A DNA stretch of 32,000 nt from Prochlorococcus marinus subsp. pastoris str. CCMP1986 (GCF_000011465.1 NC_005072.1:1200001-1232000), one strand, 5' to 3'. Positions 1-9,066 are shown, counted from the stretch's first letter. Translations and numbers: made by a program. The notes: a model not told the origin generated them from the letters alone.

Positions 1-644
1 TCGTAAAATTATATACCTAATTCAATTTTAATTAAACCTTTCTAAAAAATTTAAGATTATTTAGAAAAATAAATTTAGTAATTAATAAAATAGAACAACT
101 TGCTATATATTTTTAAAGAAAATTTTATTCAATTATAATTACTATTAATTGATATATTCTTTATATATATAGTAAAAGTGAATAAGCAATCTTGAAGATT
201 CTTAATAATAGGTTCTTTATCTACTTTTATAAATTATTTCTACAATTTATCATCTTTTCAATTTTTATTAAATATTTGATTAAGTCCTTTGATAGTTAAT
301 TTATCAGGAATTATCAAAAAATATGTCTTCGGATAAAATGGGGTTTAAAAAGTAAAAAATTTTAATCATAGTTTGTTTTTAAAGTTTCTATATGTATATT
401 TAATTCCTGGTATTGTTATGAAATTAATAATTTTTCTTTTTAATAATTGAATTGAATATAGGTTAGATTGATGCTTCGAAAAAATTTTTTTATATTAAAA
501 AATTTTCTTGGCTCTAAATATTTAGTATTTGATAAAACTCAATGAACTTAATTAGAAATAAAATATTATTGTTAAAAGGATGCAGATCAAATTAGTGGAC
601 TAAAAACTAACAATATTATCAGGTGATTATTTACTTTTAAATAT

Positions 645-692
645 TTACCAGTAATACGGATACCATACCGTCAATACAAGCAGCTTTTTCAT
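645..692 (-). other. very short ORF (15 aa, MKKLLVLTVWYPYYW) with GGAG upstream; possible gene remnant or leader
   Basis: Reverse strand reads ATAGGAGATCTAAAAAATGAAAAAGCTGCTTGTATTGACGGTATGGTATCCGTATTACTGGTAA inside a ~900 bp ORF-free stretch. Confidence 0.2.
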
Positions 693-909
693 TTTTTAGA
701 TCTCCTATGCAATATATGCTCTTTTATAGTGAAGATAAGGATACTAAAAATCTTTTGACTTCAAAATAAAAATTTAACCTATAGAAATCTACGCTGAGTA
801 TAAATGAATATTTCATTTGCAGATGAGTTATTAAATTTCTCTAATATTAAGTTTCAAAATTGCTATCGTACGTAACTTAAATTTCAAAGAAATTCTATAA
901 ATTTTTAAT

Positions 910-2123
910 TTATTTTTTTTTACTTAAATGGCTTGAAAGAAGTTCAGCAAATTTTTGATATCCTAATTTAGATAAATGCGGTCCAAGGGGTGCATAATTT
1001 TTAATATCCTTAGTATCTATTACTGTTGAACCATCAATAAATTTAATTTTTAGTTTCTTAGAACTCTTCTTAAGATGTAATTTATAAAGATCTCTCGCTT
1101 GATTTGGACGCCAATAATCACTGTTGGGTATATAAGCAACATAAGGGGTACATAATAAATTCACGTTACAAGTATCATTGAGTTCGCGTATGGCATTAAG
1201 ACTAGTTGAACTTTTTGAATAATCATCATGTAAACCTCTAAATCGCTCTAAATTTATAATTCTTCTACGTAATGGCCAAAGAGATAGAACCCTATACCAA
1301 AAAAACATTTTTTTATTTGGATTGAGTAACTTATTTTTATTTATCTCTAATTTATTTAAGATTCCCTCTTCATCTGTAGGATAATTTTTTTTATTATTCT
1401 ATTAAATGTTAAATTATATTCCTTGCTGGGATTAATTCTACCTCCTTTTGTAAAAACTGGAATTGGTCTAATTACAGACAAATGCTTAACTACAGTTTCA
1501 TTAAAACCTACATTATCGTTATCATAAAAAACCAAAACAATGTCAAACTTTTGCTTTTTGATTGTCGAAATAATAGGTTTTACTACACCTTTTAAATTAG
1601 CTATATATTCATTTGGTCCATTATTACCAGCCCCAAGATTAATCGTATTTGCACCAACTAATGTTTCAAATACCTCTGTAAATGTGTATTCATCATCAAC
1701 ACAAGCGCCATTAGTATAAGAGTCACCTATAAAAAATGTTGCACCCTCTTTATTGATCTTATCCCAGTTTTGATCTTTATTTCGCATTCCAAATCTGTCA
1801 GACTTGTAAGTCACCAAGCCATAACCCTCATTACATAAATAGGAATTTGTATATGGAAGTGTCCCTACAGGGTAAAATTTCGAAGACAAAAAATATTTTA
1901 AAGTCTCTGCTGGATAGAAAGTTGGCAAGTTCCCTTCTTTAACACTATTGATTTTGAAAGGATAGTCAAATTCAATTTGACGTTTTAATTCTTTATCATA
2001 GGGTACCTGAAAATCCTGGTGCTTTACAGATATTAATTCTTCTAAAAAAGAGTAGGCTAATAGAGGGAAAATGGAGGCCGAACAAAATAAAGCACAATTT
2101 AAAACTATTCCTTTAAATTTCAT
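910..2123 (-). pseudogene. SGNH/GDSL-like hydrolase, apparently one gene (~404 aa if repaired) split by a frameshift at an A8 run (track ORFs 1356..2255 and 910..1308)
   Basis: N-terminal part carries the GDS block (FFIGDSYTNGACVDDEYTF); downstream part carries GPHLSKLGYQKFAELL typical of the C-terminal His block. The downstream frame is open back to 1398, past the end of the upstream ORF. Adding one A in the A8 run (1385-1392) joins RIIKK to NYPTDEEGILNKLE. The start is taken as MKFKGIVL at 2123, 2 nt after the preceding small gene. Confidence 0.72.
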
Positions 2124-2125
2124 CC

Positions 2126-2287
2126 TCAAAATATTGAGTAAATAAAAGGCGCAATAACAGAACCTTGCGTAAATACAATCAATGTTCCCATGAAGACAAT
2201 TGTAAAAATCAAAGGTGCTAACCAATACTTTTTGCGGACTTTGAGGAAGTCCCACATGTCTTTAACTAGATCAAGAAATGCTTCCAT
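2126..2287 (-). CDS. small membrane protein, DUF5989-like (53 aa): MEAFLDLVKDMWDFLKVRKKYWLAPLIFTIVFMGTLIVFTQGSVIAPFIYSIF
   Basis: Hand-translated; below the length cutoff of the supplied track. Starts 3 nt after the SxtJ-like ORF and ends 2 nt before the SGNH start. Composition and position match the small DUF5989 protein usually beside SxtJ. Confidence 0.82.
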   Translation of the reverse strand: MEAFLDLVKDMWDFLKVRKKYWLAPLIFTIVFMGTLIVFTQGSVIAPFIYSIF

Positions 2288-2290
2288 AGT

Positions 2291-2683
2291 TTAAAAGATT
2301 CGTGTAATGTCAGTTTGATGATTCTGTTTGTTTTCCCTATAGGTTTTTTTATCTTTTCTTTTTTTTCTTAATGGATCGTATCCAGAAATACGCATAATTA
2401 AAGCAATTGGTAAAAGGACAAGAATAAATACCAGACCTAATACTAAATGACTATTGACCCATCCTAGCTTATGACCAAGTAACATCCAGCCCTTATACGG
2501 ATAAAGCAATATTCGAGGTGCGATGAGCCCAATAATTAGTCCAGGGATACCTATCAAAAGGGTCCATTCTCTAAATCCATGACCTGCAAAAGAAGGCATT
2601 ATCCAACCGATTAGGAATGGAAATCCAATTCCAATAAGAATACCAAATTCACGAAGTTTCTTTTTAGTGATTTTTTCTGACAT
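2291..2683 (-). CDS. SxtJ-like membrane protein (130 aa)
   Basis: Multi-TM protein with LREFGILIGIGFPFLIGWIMP and KGWMLLGHKLGWVNSHLVLGLVF, immediately downstream of a carbamoyltransferase. Confidence 0.75.
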   Translation of the reverse strand: MSEKITKKKLREFGILIGIGFPFLIGWIMPSFAGHGFREWTLLIGIPGLIIGLIAPRILLYPYKGWMLLGHKLGWVNSHLVLGLVFILVLLPIALIMRISGYDPLRKKRKDKKTYRENKQNHQTDITRIF

Positions 2684-2685
2684 AG

Positions 2686-4539
2686 TTAATCGAGTTCAAA
2701 TTCTTGCATCCAGGTTTCATCCGTTTCAATCTTTGGTTGTTCGCTTTTGAAGAGAATTTGATTCTCAAGAACCAAAATATCCATCTCAGTTCTCATAAAA
2801 CATCTGTAAGCATCTTGGGGAGTACAAACGATAGGTTCTCCTCTTACGTTGAATGAGGTATTAACAAGCGTTGGGCAACCAGTTTTTCTTTTGAAGGTAC
2901 TTATCAGATTGTGATATCTAGGATTTGTTTTATAGCTAACTGTCTGGATACGTGCCGAGTAATCAACGTGAGTGATTGCTGGCAATGAAGACTTAGGTAC
3001 ATTAAGTTTTTCAATACCAAAAAGCTTATTTTCTTCTTTTGACATCTTCTTTCGAAGTTCTTCTTTAACTGGAGCGACAAATAGCATATAAGGACTTTTA
3101 GTAGATATTTCAAATTGGGTTCTGACATCTTCTTCAAGAACAGATGGAGCAAAGGGTCTAAAACTTTCTCTATATTTAATTTTGAGATTCATTACGCTTT
3201 GCATTTCTTTATTTCGTGGATCACCAAGAATTGATCTTGCTCCAAGCGATCGAGGTCCAAACTCCATCGGCCCATTAAACCAACCAACTACATTTCCTTT
3301 TTCTATTTCGCAGGCTAATTTGTCGAATAATTCATTATCGTTATAAGTATAAAAAGTAGCATTTATTTGATTGAGATATTGAACGATTTGGTCATTACTG
3401 TATTCTGGACCAAGGTATGCTCCTTTCATTGAGTCGCATTTGTTTATATTTCGATCTTTTTTATGATATTGGTACCAACTTACTAGTGCCGCGCCTAGTG
3501 AAGATCCTGCATCTCCGCTTGCAGGCTGAATCCAGATATTTTCAAATATATTTTCTCTTAGAAGCAATCCATTCGCTACACAATTAAGTGCAACACCGCC
3601 AGAAAGGCATAAATTTTTCATACCTGACTCTTTACGAAGAGAACGCGCTATTTTTAGAACAATTTCCTCAGTTACAGATTGAATTGAGGCTGCTATATCC
3701 ATATGGAATTGTGATAATTCCGTCTCAGCTTTACGAGGTTTAATTCCAAAAAGCTTGTGGAATTTTCGTCCAGTCATGCGAAAACCCCTATGATATTTGA
3801 AGTAACTTATGTCGAGATTGAAAGTACCATCTTTTTTGATATCAATTAAATTCTCCTTAATTTTGTCAGCATATTTAGGCTTTCCATATGGAGCAAGGCC
3901 CATTAATTTGTACTCTCCTGAATTTACCTTGAAACCACAATAGTAAGTAAATGCAGAGTACAAAAGTCCGAGAGAGTGAGGGAAACTAATTTCCCAAATA
4001 GGTTTTAAAGAATTATTTTTACCGGTCCATGTTGAAGTTGTCGCCCACTCGCCAACACCATCCATACATAAGACTGCTGATTCATTGAATGGACTTGGAT
4101 AAAATGCAGCAGCAGCATGAGAAAGGTGGTGTTCTGAGAAATGAAGATTTGGTAACTGAAATAAGTCTTTAGAAAGTTCTTTTTGAATTAGTTTAAGATT
4201 GAGTTTTATTTGATTCTTCAAAAATAGTTTTTCTTTTAACCAAACTTGCATTGCTGTAATAAAAGATCTAATACCTCTTGGAGCTACACCAAGATAGGTT
4301 TCCATTAGTCTTTCAAAAGTCAGGAGAGGTTTTTCGTAATAAACAACTTCTTGTATATCAGCAAGACTAATTTTTTGTGATTTCAAACAATATAGGATTG
4401 ATAATTTCGGGAAGCTTGAGTCATGCTTTTTTCTAGTAAATCTTTCTTCTTGTACAGCAACTACAATTTCGCCATTCTTAAGTAAAGATGCTGCACTGTC
4501 ATGATAAAAACAAGATATTCCAAGAATGTAATGATCCAT
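2686..4539 (-). CDS. NodU/CmcH-family carbamoyltransferase (617 aa)
   Basis: YILGISCFYHDSAASLLKNGEIVVAVQEERFTRKKHDSSFP, LSHAAAAFYPSPF, LCLSGGVALNCVANG, GPMEFGPRSLGARSILGDPRN, NTSFNVRGEPIVCTPQDA motifs. Confidence 0.95.
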   Translation of the reverse strand: MDHYILGISCFYHDSAASLLKNGEIVVAVQEERFTRKKHDSSFPKLSILYCLKSQKISLADIQEVVYYEKPLLTFERLMETYLGVAPRGIRSFITAMQVWLKEKLFLKNQIKLNLKLIQKELSKDLFQLPNLHFSEHHLSHAAAAFYPSPFNESAVLCMDGVGEWATTSTWTGKNNSLKPIWEISFPHSLGLLYSAFTYYCGFKVNSGEYKLMGLAPYGKPKYADKIKENLIDIKKDGTFNLDISYFKYHRGFRMTGRKFHKLFGIKPRKAETELSQFHMDIAASIQSVTEEIVLKIARSLRKESGMKNLCLSGGVALNCVANGLLLRENIFENIWIQPASGDAGSSLGAALVSWYQYHKKDRNINKCDSMKGAYLGPEYSNDQIVQYLNQINATFYTYNDNELFDKLACEIEKGNVVGWFNGPMEFGPRSLGARSILGDPRNKEMQSVMNLKIKYRESFRPFAPSVLEEDVRTQFEISTKSPYMLFVAPVKEELRKKMSKEENKLFGIEKLNVPKSSLPAITHVDYSARIQTVSYKTNPRYHNLISTFKRKTGCPTLVNTSFNVRGEPIVCTPQDAYRCFMRTEMDILVLENQILFKSEQPKIETDETWMQEFELD

Positions 4540-4589
4540 TAATTAACAATAAAACTTTAAGTGAAACTTAGGAGATTTGAACTCCTTCC

Positions 4590-4606
4590 TCTTCATGCCA
4601 TGAAGA
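4590..4606. repeat. 17-nt perfect palindrome TCTTCATG-C-CATGAAGA upstream of the carbamoyltransferase operon
   Basis: Direct reading; lies 51 bp upstream of the start at 4539. Confidence 0.5.
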
Positions 4607-5053
4607 AAAAAAACTGGCGAGTCCCATTACTATAACATCCATTAGAGATCATTACTAAAAGTAAATTGCGAAATCCGTTATAGGTTTTTAAGAGAGTATA
4701 AAACTCATTTCAATTATAAATATATCGCCAGCTTTTTCTTTAAATCAAGTGTAGAACCCGAGTACTTTACTAAATATCCATCTTGAGTATAGTTTCAGAA
4801 AGAATCCCAATTTTGTTAAGAATTTATACTAAAGAATATAATAAAATTTCTTTACAAAAATGGCTATAAAAAAGATTTACTAATTTCCTGTTTTATCCAT
4901 ATGGAAACATTCTCGTTTATGAATTAATAATATCTCTGAAGCGAAATTTTTATTATTAAATAATCTTCCATAACAATTAAAATCAATATCTTATATTTTA
5001 ATTTTTGTACTATAAGTATATAAATACAAAACAATTATTAGATTTGAATGTAA

Positions 5054-5506
5054 ATGATTACTTTTAAACAATCAATTGTTGGGATTTTAGGTAATATTGC
5101 AACAACCTTTTCATTCCTCCCATACTTGCCAAATTTTATTCACAAATTTCGCGGAGTCAGGTTTGAAAATTTTTTAAAGGTACATTTTTCAAGCAATGTT
5201 ATTTTAGATAATAGATATCCAGATAAAATCAGAATAGATAAAGGAGTTGTTTTTGCTACAGGGTCTTTAATTACAGCTCATTCTTTTGTGCCTAAAAATA
5301 ACAAAGTAGTTGGCATTAAAGAAATTATAAAATCAGTATTTATTGGTAAAAATGTGTTTATTGGAGCAAAAGCAATTATATTACCAGGAACACATCTTGA
5401 GGAAGGATGTTATGTCGCTGCTGGTGCTGTTGTCTCAGGTAAATTCAAAAAAAATTGCTTAATAGCAGGAAATCCAGCTATTATTAAAAGAAGTATTAAG
5501 TCTTGA
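5054..5506 (+). CDS. left-handed beta-helix (hexapeptide repeat) acyltransferase
   Basis: Hexapeptide-like repeats, IGKNVFIGAKAIILPGTHLEEGCYVAAGAVVSGKFKKNCLIAGNPAIIKR. Confidence 0.85.
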   Translation: MITFKQSIVGILGNIATTFSFLPYLPNFIHKFRGVRFENFLKVHFSSNVILDNRYPDKIRIDKGVVFATGSLITAHSFVPKNNKVVGIKEIIKSVFIGKNVFIGAKAIILPGTHLEEGCYVAAGAVVSGKFKKNCLIAGNPAIIKRSIKS

Positions 5507-6240
5507 TTTTGAAAAGAGATTTTATATGCTTATTAAGAATCTTTATAGATTCGTTGCCTGAATTCATAAGAAATAGCGAAATACTTTTTAGAATTTCAAT
5601 GTTTATTTTTAAAGTTCCTGCATCATTATTTACATTTAGAAAAAAATATAAATCTGGAATAATTAAAGATCTTTCAGAGTATTATTCTGCCAATGAAAGT
5701 TTTTCACTGAAAAGGATTTCAAAAGATACTGATATAAATTCATTGCATTTAAGAATTATCAAAAGATACTTCAAAAAATATTTGCCTAATTCTTTATTAG
5801 ATGCTGGATGCGGATCTTGTTATTTGTTAGATAATTTTAGAATTTTAAAACCCTCTGCAAAGTTGGTAGGAATTGATTACGATACCCCCATCTCAACAAA
5901 CAACAAATTCAAATTAATTGAGGGGGATATATTAAATACACTTAAAGGATTTCTGGAAAATTCATTTGAATTTGTTGTTTGTACTCATGTTATTGAACAT
6001 TTAAATTATCCCGATGAGGTTGTTCTTGAACTAAGAAGAGTATGTTCGAAAATCCTTATTATTATATGTCCAATTGAAAAGGAGTTAAAATGGGGGATGA
6101 ATTATCATATCAATTTTTATAGTAATAAAAAATATTTTCTGAATTTTATTCTTGATACAAAATTAAAGAATAAAAAAATTAATAATTATAAAATCTATCA
6201 AAGATTAGGAGATTTAATGTATGTTGAAAATATTATTTAA
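5503..6240 (+). CDS. class I SAM-dependent methyltransferase (Methyltransf_11/23 type)
   Basis: LLDAGCGSCYLLDNF and VVCTHVIEHLNYPDEVVLELRRV motifs; TTG start overlaps the upstream stop. Confidence 0.8.
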   Translation: MILKRDFICLLRIFIDSLPEFIRNSEILFRISMFIFKVPASLFTFRKKYKSGIIKDLSEYYSANESFSLKRISKDTDINSLHLRIIKRYFKKYLPNSLLDAGCGSCYLLDNFRILKPSAKLVGIDYDTPISTNNKFKLIEGDILNTLKGFLENSFEFVVCTHVIEHLNYPDEVVLELRRVCSKILIIICPIEKELKWGMNYHINFYSNKKYFLNFILDTKLKNKKINNYKIYQRLGDLMYVENII

Positions 6241-6279
6241 TTAAAAATTAAGTTTATTTTTTATAGTAAAATTTAATTT

Positions 6280-7254
6280 TTAATAATTTCTTCTAGATTT
6301 CAATCTTCTTATTAGAGGCTGTTGAGTTGAATCATAATAAAGGAATCCAATAACAAGCTGAGAAATAATAATAGCAAGTAAAGTTATAAGATTTGCCTCG
6401 CCAGGAGTAGCTAATTGGTTATTAAAAGTACCATTCAAATAGGTTTTGATTATTAAGATAGCTAAAACCAAAGAAAGAATTGAACTACTAAGTAGTTCAA
6501 GAGAACCTATATTAAAATCAAGTAAAAAATATTGATAAATTATTCTTTTTAAAAAATTTCTCAAATGATTTTTACTAAATCTGAATATTTCCACAAGAGG
6601 TTTAAGAGAACTTTCTTCATCTGAATAATTACTTTTCATTGGAAGTTGAGTAAAACATATATTTTGTAAGCTGCATTGAAACAAGAGATCAGATTCAAAA
6701 AAATATCTATTATCTACTTTATCTAATCTAACTTTGAGTAAACCAGTTTCTGTAAATGCGATAAATCCATTTGTAGGATCAAAAAGTTCCCAATAACCAC
6801 TTGAAAGTTTGTTTAGAAAGCTTAGAAACAAGTTACCAATAAGCCTCAAAAAGGGCATAGTCAGTACATGATCTAGACTGGAAAAACGATTACCCTTTGC
6901 CCCATCAAATTCACTTCTAATTAAAGGCTCAATTAATTTAGGAATTAATTGAGGATCAATTTGACCATCGGCATCAACTTTAACAATAATTGCAGAATCA
7001 TTTTTTAGTAAATACTTCATGCCCCTTATAGTTGCTCCACCCACTCCTAAATTTTTTTGATTATATAAAACTTTAACTTTTTTCGAATTTGCAAATAATC
7101 TGGCAACCCTTTCACCGGTATTATATGGGCATCTATCATCGACTAAAACCAATAAATCAGTATACTTTAGAGCTGATTTGATAACGTTTATTGTTTTTTT
7201 ACCACCTTTATAACAAGGGACAACACAACCTACTTTAACCTTATTATTTTTCAT
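6280..7254 (-). CDS. glycosyltransferase family 2 (polyprenyl-phosphate sugar synthase-like, C-terminal TM segments)
   Basis: VGCVVPCYKGGKKTINVIKSALKYTDLLVLVDDRCPYNTG, KVDADGQIDP, NPTNGFIAF; two C-terminal TM helices. Start taken at internal ATG (MKNNKVKVG); the track starts at 7272. Confidence 0.85.
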   Translation of the reverse strand: MKNNKVKVGCVVPCYKGGKKTINVIKSALKYTDLLVLVDDRCPYNTGERVARLFANSKKVKVLYNQKNLGVGGATIRGMKYLLKNDSAIIVKVDADGQIDPQLIPKLIEPLIRSEFDGAKGNRFSSLDHVLTMPFLRLIGNLFLSFLNKLSSGYWELFDPTNGFIAFTETGLLKVRLDKVDNRYFFESDLLFQCSLQNICFTQLPMKSNYSDEESSLKPLVEIFRFSKNHLRNFLKRIIYQYFLLDFNIGSLELLSSSILSLVLAILIIKTYLNGTFNNQLATPGEANLITLLAIIISQLVIGFLYYDSTQQPLIRRLKSRRNY

Positions 7255-8536
7255 TGTAGTAAAAATCCTCAATCATTTTTGTATTTAAAATTTTTGAAAT
7301 TGTCATTGATGATATCAAAATATAAGGCGTTATAAACATATAATAATATCGACTCATTGCTACTCCAATTAAGCTTGGAGAAATAGAGATTATACTTGCT
7401 AATAGGCAAATCCATAATCCAGTATTAATTATTTTTCTTCTGAAAATAAAAATTCCTAGAATAGATATATAAGTAATAGGAGCTAACAAAGTTGTCCCCA
7501 CCGAAACCCTCATTAAAAAGGATAATAGAGGAGTTGTTTCTGAATTATGAGTATCTCTTATATCAATTATTCCAGTTAAAAAATCGTTCATCTTCCATAA
7601 AACTTGATATAAAAATCCTTCTAGATTTTTTAATATTTCAGAACTTTGAAGCAAAATTTGAATTTTATTTCGCATTAATTCACGATCAAATCCCATGAAT
7701 GTTCCTTTTTCAATTGAAAATGCATTTAAAGCTGCAATTGAATAATTTCTTGTTTCCCAAAGTTGATTAAAACTAACCACTAAGGAAATAATAAAAATAA
7801 ATATAAAAAATGAAGATAATTTCTTATCCTTTTTATATTTTAAAATATTTAAGATTTCTAAACAGGCCATTATTAAAGAAACAATAATACAAAAAATTAT
7901 TGAACTTGGTCTTAGAAGTGACATATAAATCAAGACTAGAAAGAGAAATATTTTTTCTAAAGTTTTATTATTATTCAAATAATTTTCAGATTTGCAATTG
8001 AAAATTTTTAAAATTAAATAAGTGCAAATACTCGTACCAAACATAATATAAATAGTTATGCCTCCAGATAAAGCATAAAAATACGAATATGGAGAAAAAG
8101 TAAAAAAAATCATTGAAATTATTCCAGTTCTTTCATCAAAAAGCAACCGCCCAGATGCATACGTAAATCGAATAGTTAAAAATGTCAATATTGAGGAAAT
8201 AGAAATGGTTATTAAATTCCATAACATTGATGTAGAGCTTTGTTTAAATAATTTTATGGATATAAAACTTATCCCTTTTAGTATATTTGGATATAATGGA
8301 CCACCTTTGAAGGGTTCATAACCACTAAATGTAAAATCAGTATCAACGGCAAATGGATCAGAATCTAAAATATAAAAACCACGATCCCCAATTTCTAAGG
8401 GTACAGCTTTAATACCTATTTCTCCATTGCCAGCTTGTATTGGTTTAAAAAAACTTATAAATATAGTAACAATAAGAAAAATCAAAAAAATGAATTCGAT
8501 AATTTTTGCTTTTCTTGAAGTTAATTTGATACTCAT
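7244..8536 (-). CDS. multi-pass membrane protein, probable GT-C-type glycosyltransferase
   Basis: 430 aa with many TM segments, luminal-loop-like N-terminal region and a position next to the lipid-linked GT2. Confidence 0.55.
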   Translation of the reverse strand: MSIKLTSRKAKIIEFIFLIFLIVTIFISFFKPIQAGNGEIGIKAVPLEIGDRGFYILDSDPFAVDTDFTFSGYEPFKGGPLYPNILKGISFISIKLFKQSSTSMLWNLITISISSILTFLTIRFTYASGRLLFDERTGIISMIFFTFSPYSYFYALSGGITIYIMFGTSICTYLILKIFNCKSENYLNNNKTLEKIFLFLVLIYMSLLRPSSIIFCIIVSLIMACLEILNILKYKKDKKLSSFFIFIFIISLVVSFNQLWETRNYSIAALNAFSIEKGTFMGFDRELMRNKIQILLQSSEILKNLEGFLYQVLWKMNDFLTGIIDIRDTHNSETTPLLSFLMRVSVGTTLLAPITYISILGIFIFRRKIINTGLWICLLASIISISPSLIGVAMSRYYYMFITPYILISSMTISKILNTKMIEDFYYNEK

Positions 8537-8564
8537 TATTGATTTGATTAATTAAACATTCTTA

Positions 8565-8637
8565 TGGAGCCAAGCGGACTCGAACCGCTGACCCCCTGCA
8601 TGCCATGCAGGTGCTCTACCAGCTGAGCTATGGCCCC
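8565..8637 (-). tRNA. tRNA-Ala (anticodon GGC), no encoded CCA
   Basis: GGGGCCATAGCTCAGCTGGTAGAGCACCTGCATGGCATGCAGGGGGTCAGCGGTTCGAGTCCGCTTGGCTCCA folds as a full cloverleaf; anticodon loop ATGGCAT. Confidence 0.96.
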
Positions 8638-8772
8638 ACATCTTGAAACAACAGTTATATCAATCAATCTAAAGATCTCGTTCGTAACTGCCTTAATTCC
8701 TATAGTACTTTATAGCGTTTGATTAATGGATTCTGCATCTTAAAATGCACCTAGAGATTTACAAGTTGTAGC

Positions 8773-8916
8773 ATGCTTTCTGGGGCTGAACTAAAGCAAT
8801 TCCGCACCTACTTAAAAAGTCAGGTTGGGCATGGGTGGTCTGTGGAAGGAAGACAAAGTAAAAGAAGATATTTAACTAGAGTTTTTTTAGATATTTATCT
8901 GGCGAGAGAAGTGTAG
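8773..8916 (+). CDS. small ORF, 47 aa: MLSGAELKQFRTYLKSQVGHGWSVEGRQSKRRYLTRVFLDIYLAREV; unknown or a gene fragment
   Basis: Hand-translated open frame with ordinary amino-acid composition (W, H, G, R rich compared with AT-rich noise), between the tRNA and the tandem repeat. Confidence 0.35.
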   Translation: MLSGAELKQFRTYLKSQVGHGWSVEGRQSKRRYLTRVFLDIYLAREV

Positions 8917-8960
8917 TTTTTATTGGATATTAATTTTGATGTTGACAATCAAGATCTTAA

Positions 8961-9066
8961 TTTCTTGATATCAGCCTTAAAGACTATTCAAAATCCTTGA
9001 AGTAAAACAATTTCTTGATATCAGCCTTAAAGACTATTCAAAATCCTTGAAGTAAAACAATTTCTT
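8961..9066. repeat. tandem direct repeat, 50-bp unit, two full copies plus TTTCTT
   Basis: TTTCTTGATATCAGCCTTAAAGACTATTCAAAATCCTTGAAGTAAAACAA at 8961-9010 and 9011-9060, identical, followed by TTTCTT. Confidence 0.97.

Noticed and set aside
2904-3152. 82-aa antisense/alternate-frame ORF inside the carbamoyltransferase gene
   Set aside because: Same-strand alternate frame fully inside a strongly supported CDS; no motif support.
7492-7698. 68-aa ORF opposite the GT-C-like membrane protein
   Set aside because: Antisense shadow in AT-rich coding sequence.
8961-9066. CRISPR array
   Set aside because: Two directly abutting identical 50-bp units with no spacer and no cas genes; a plain tandem duplication.
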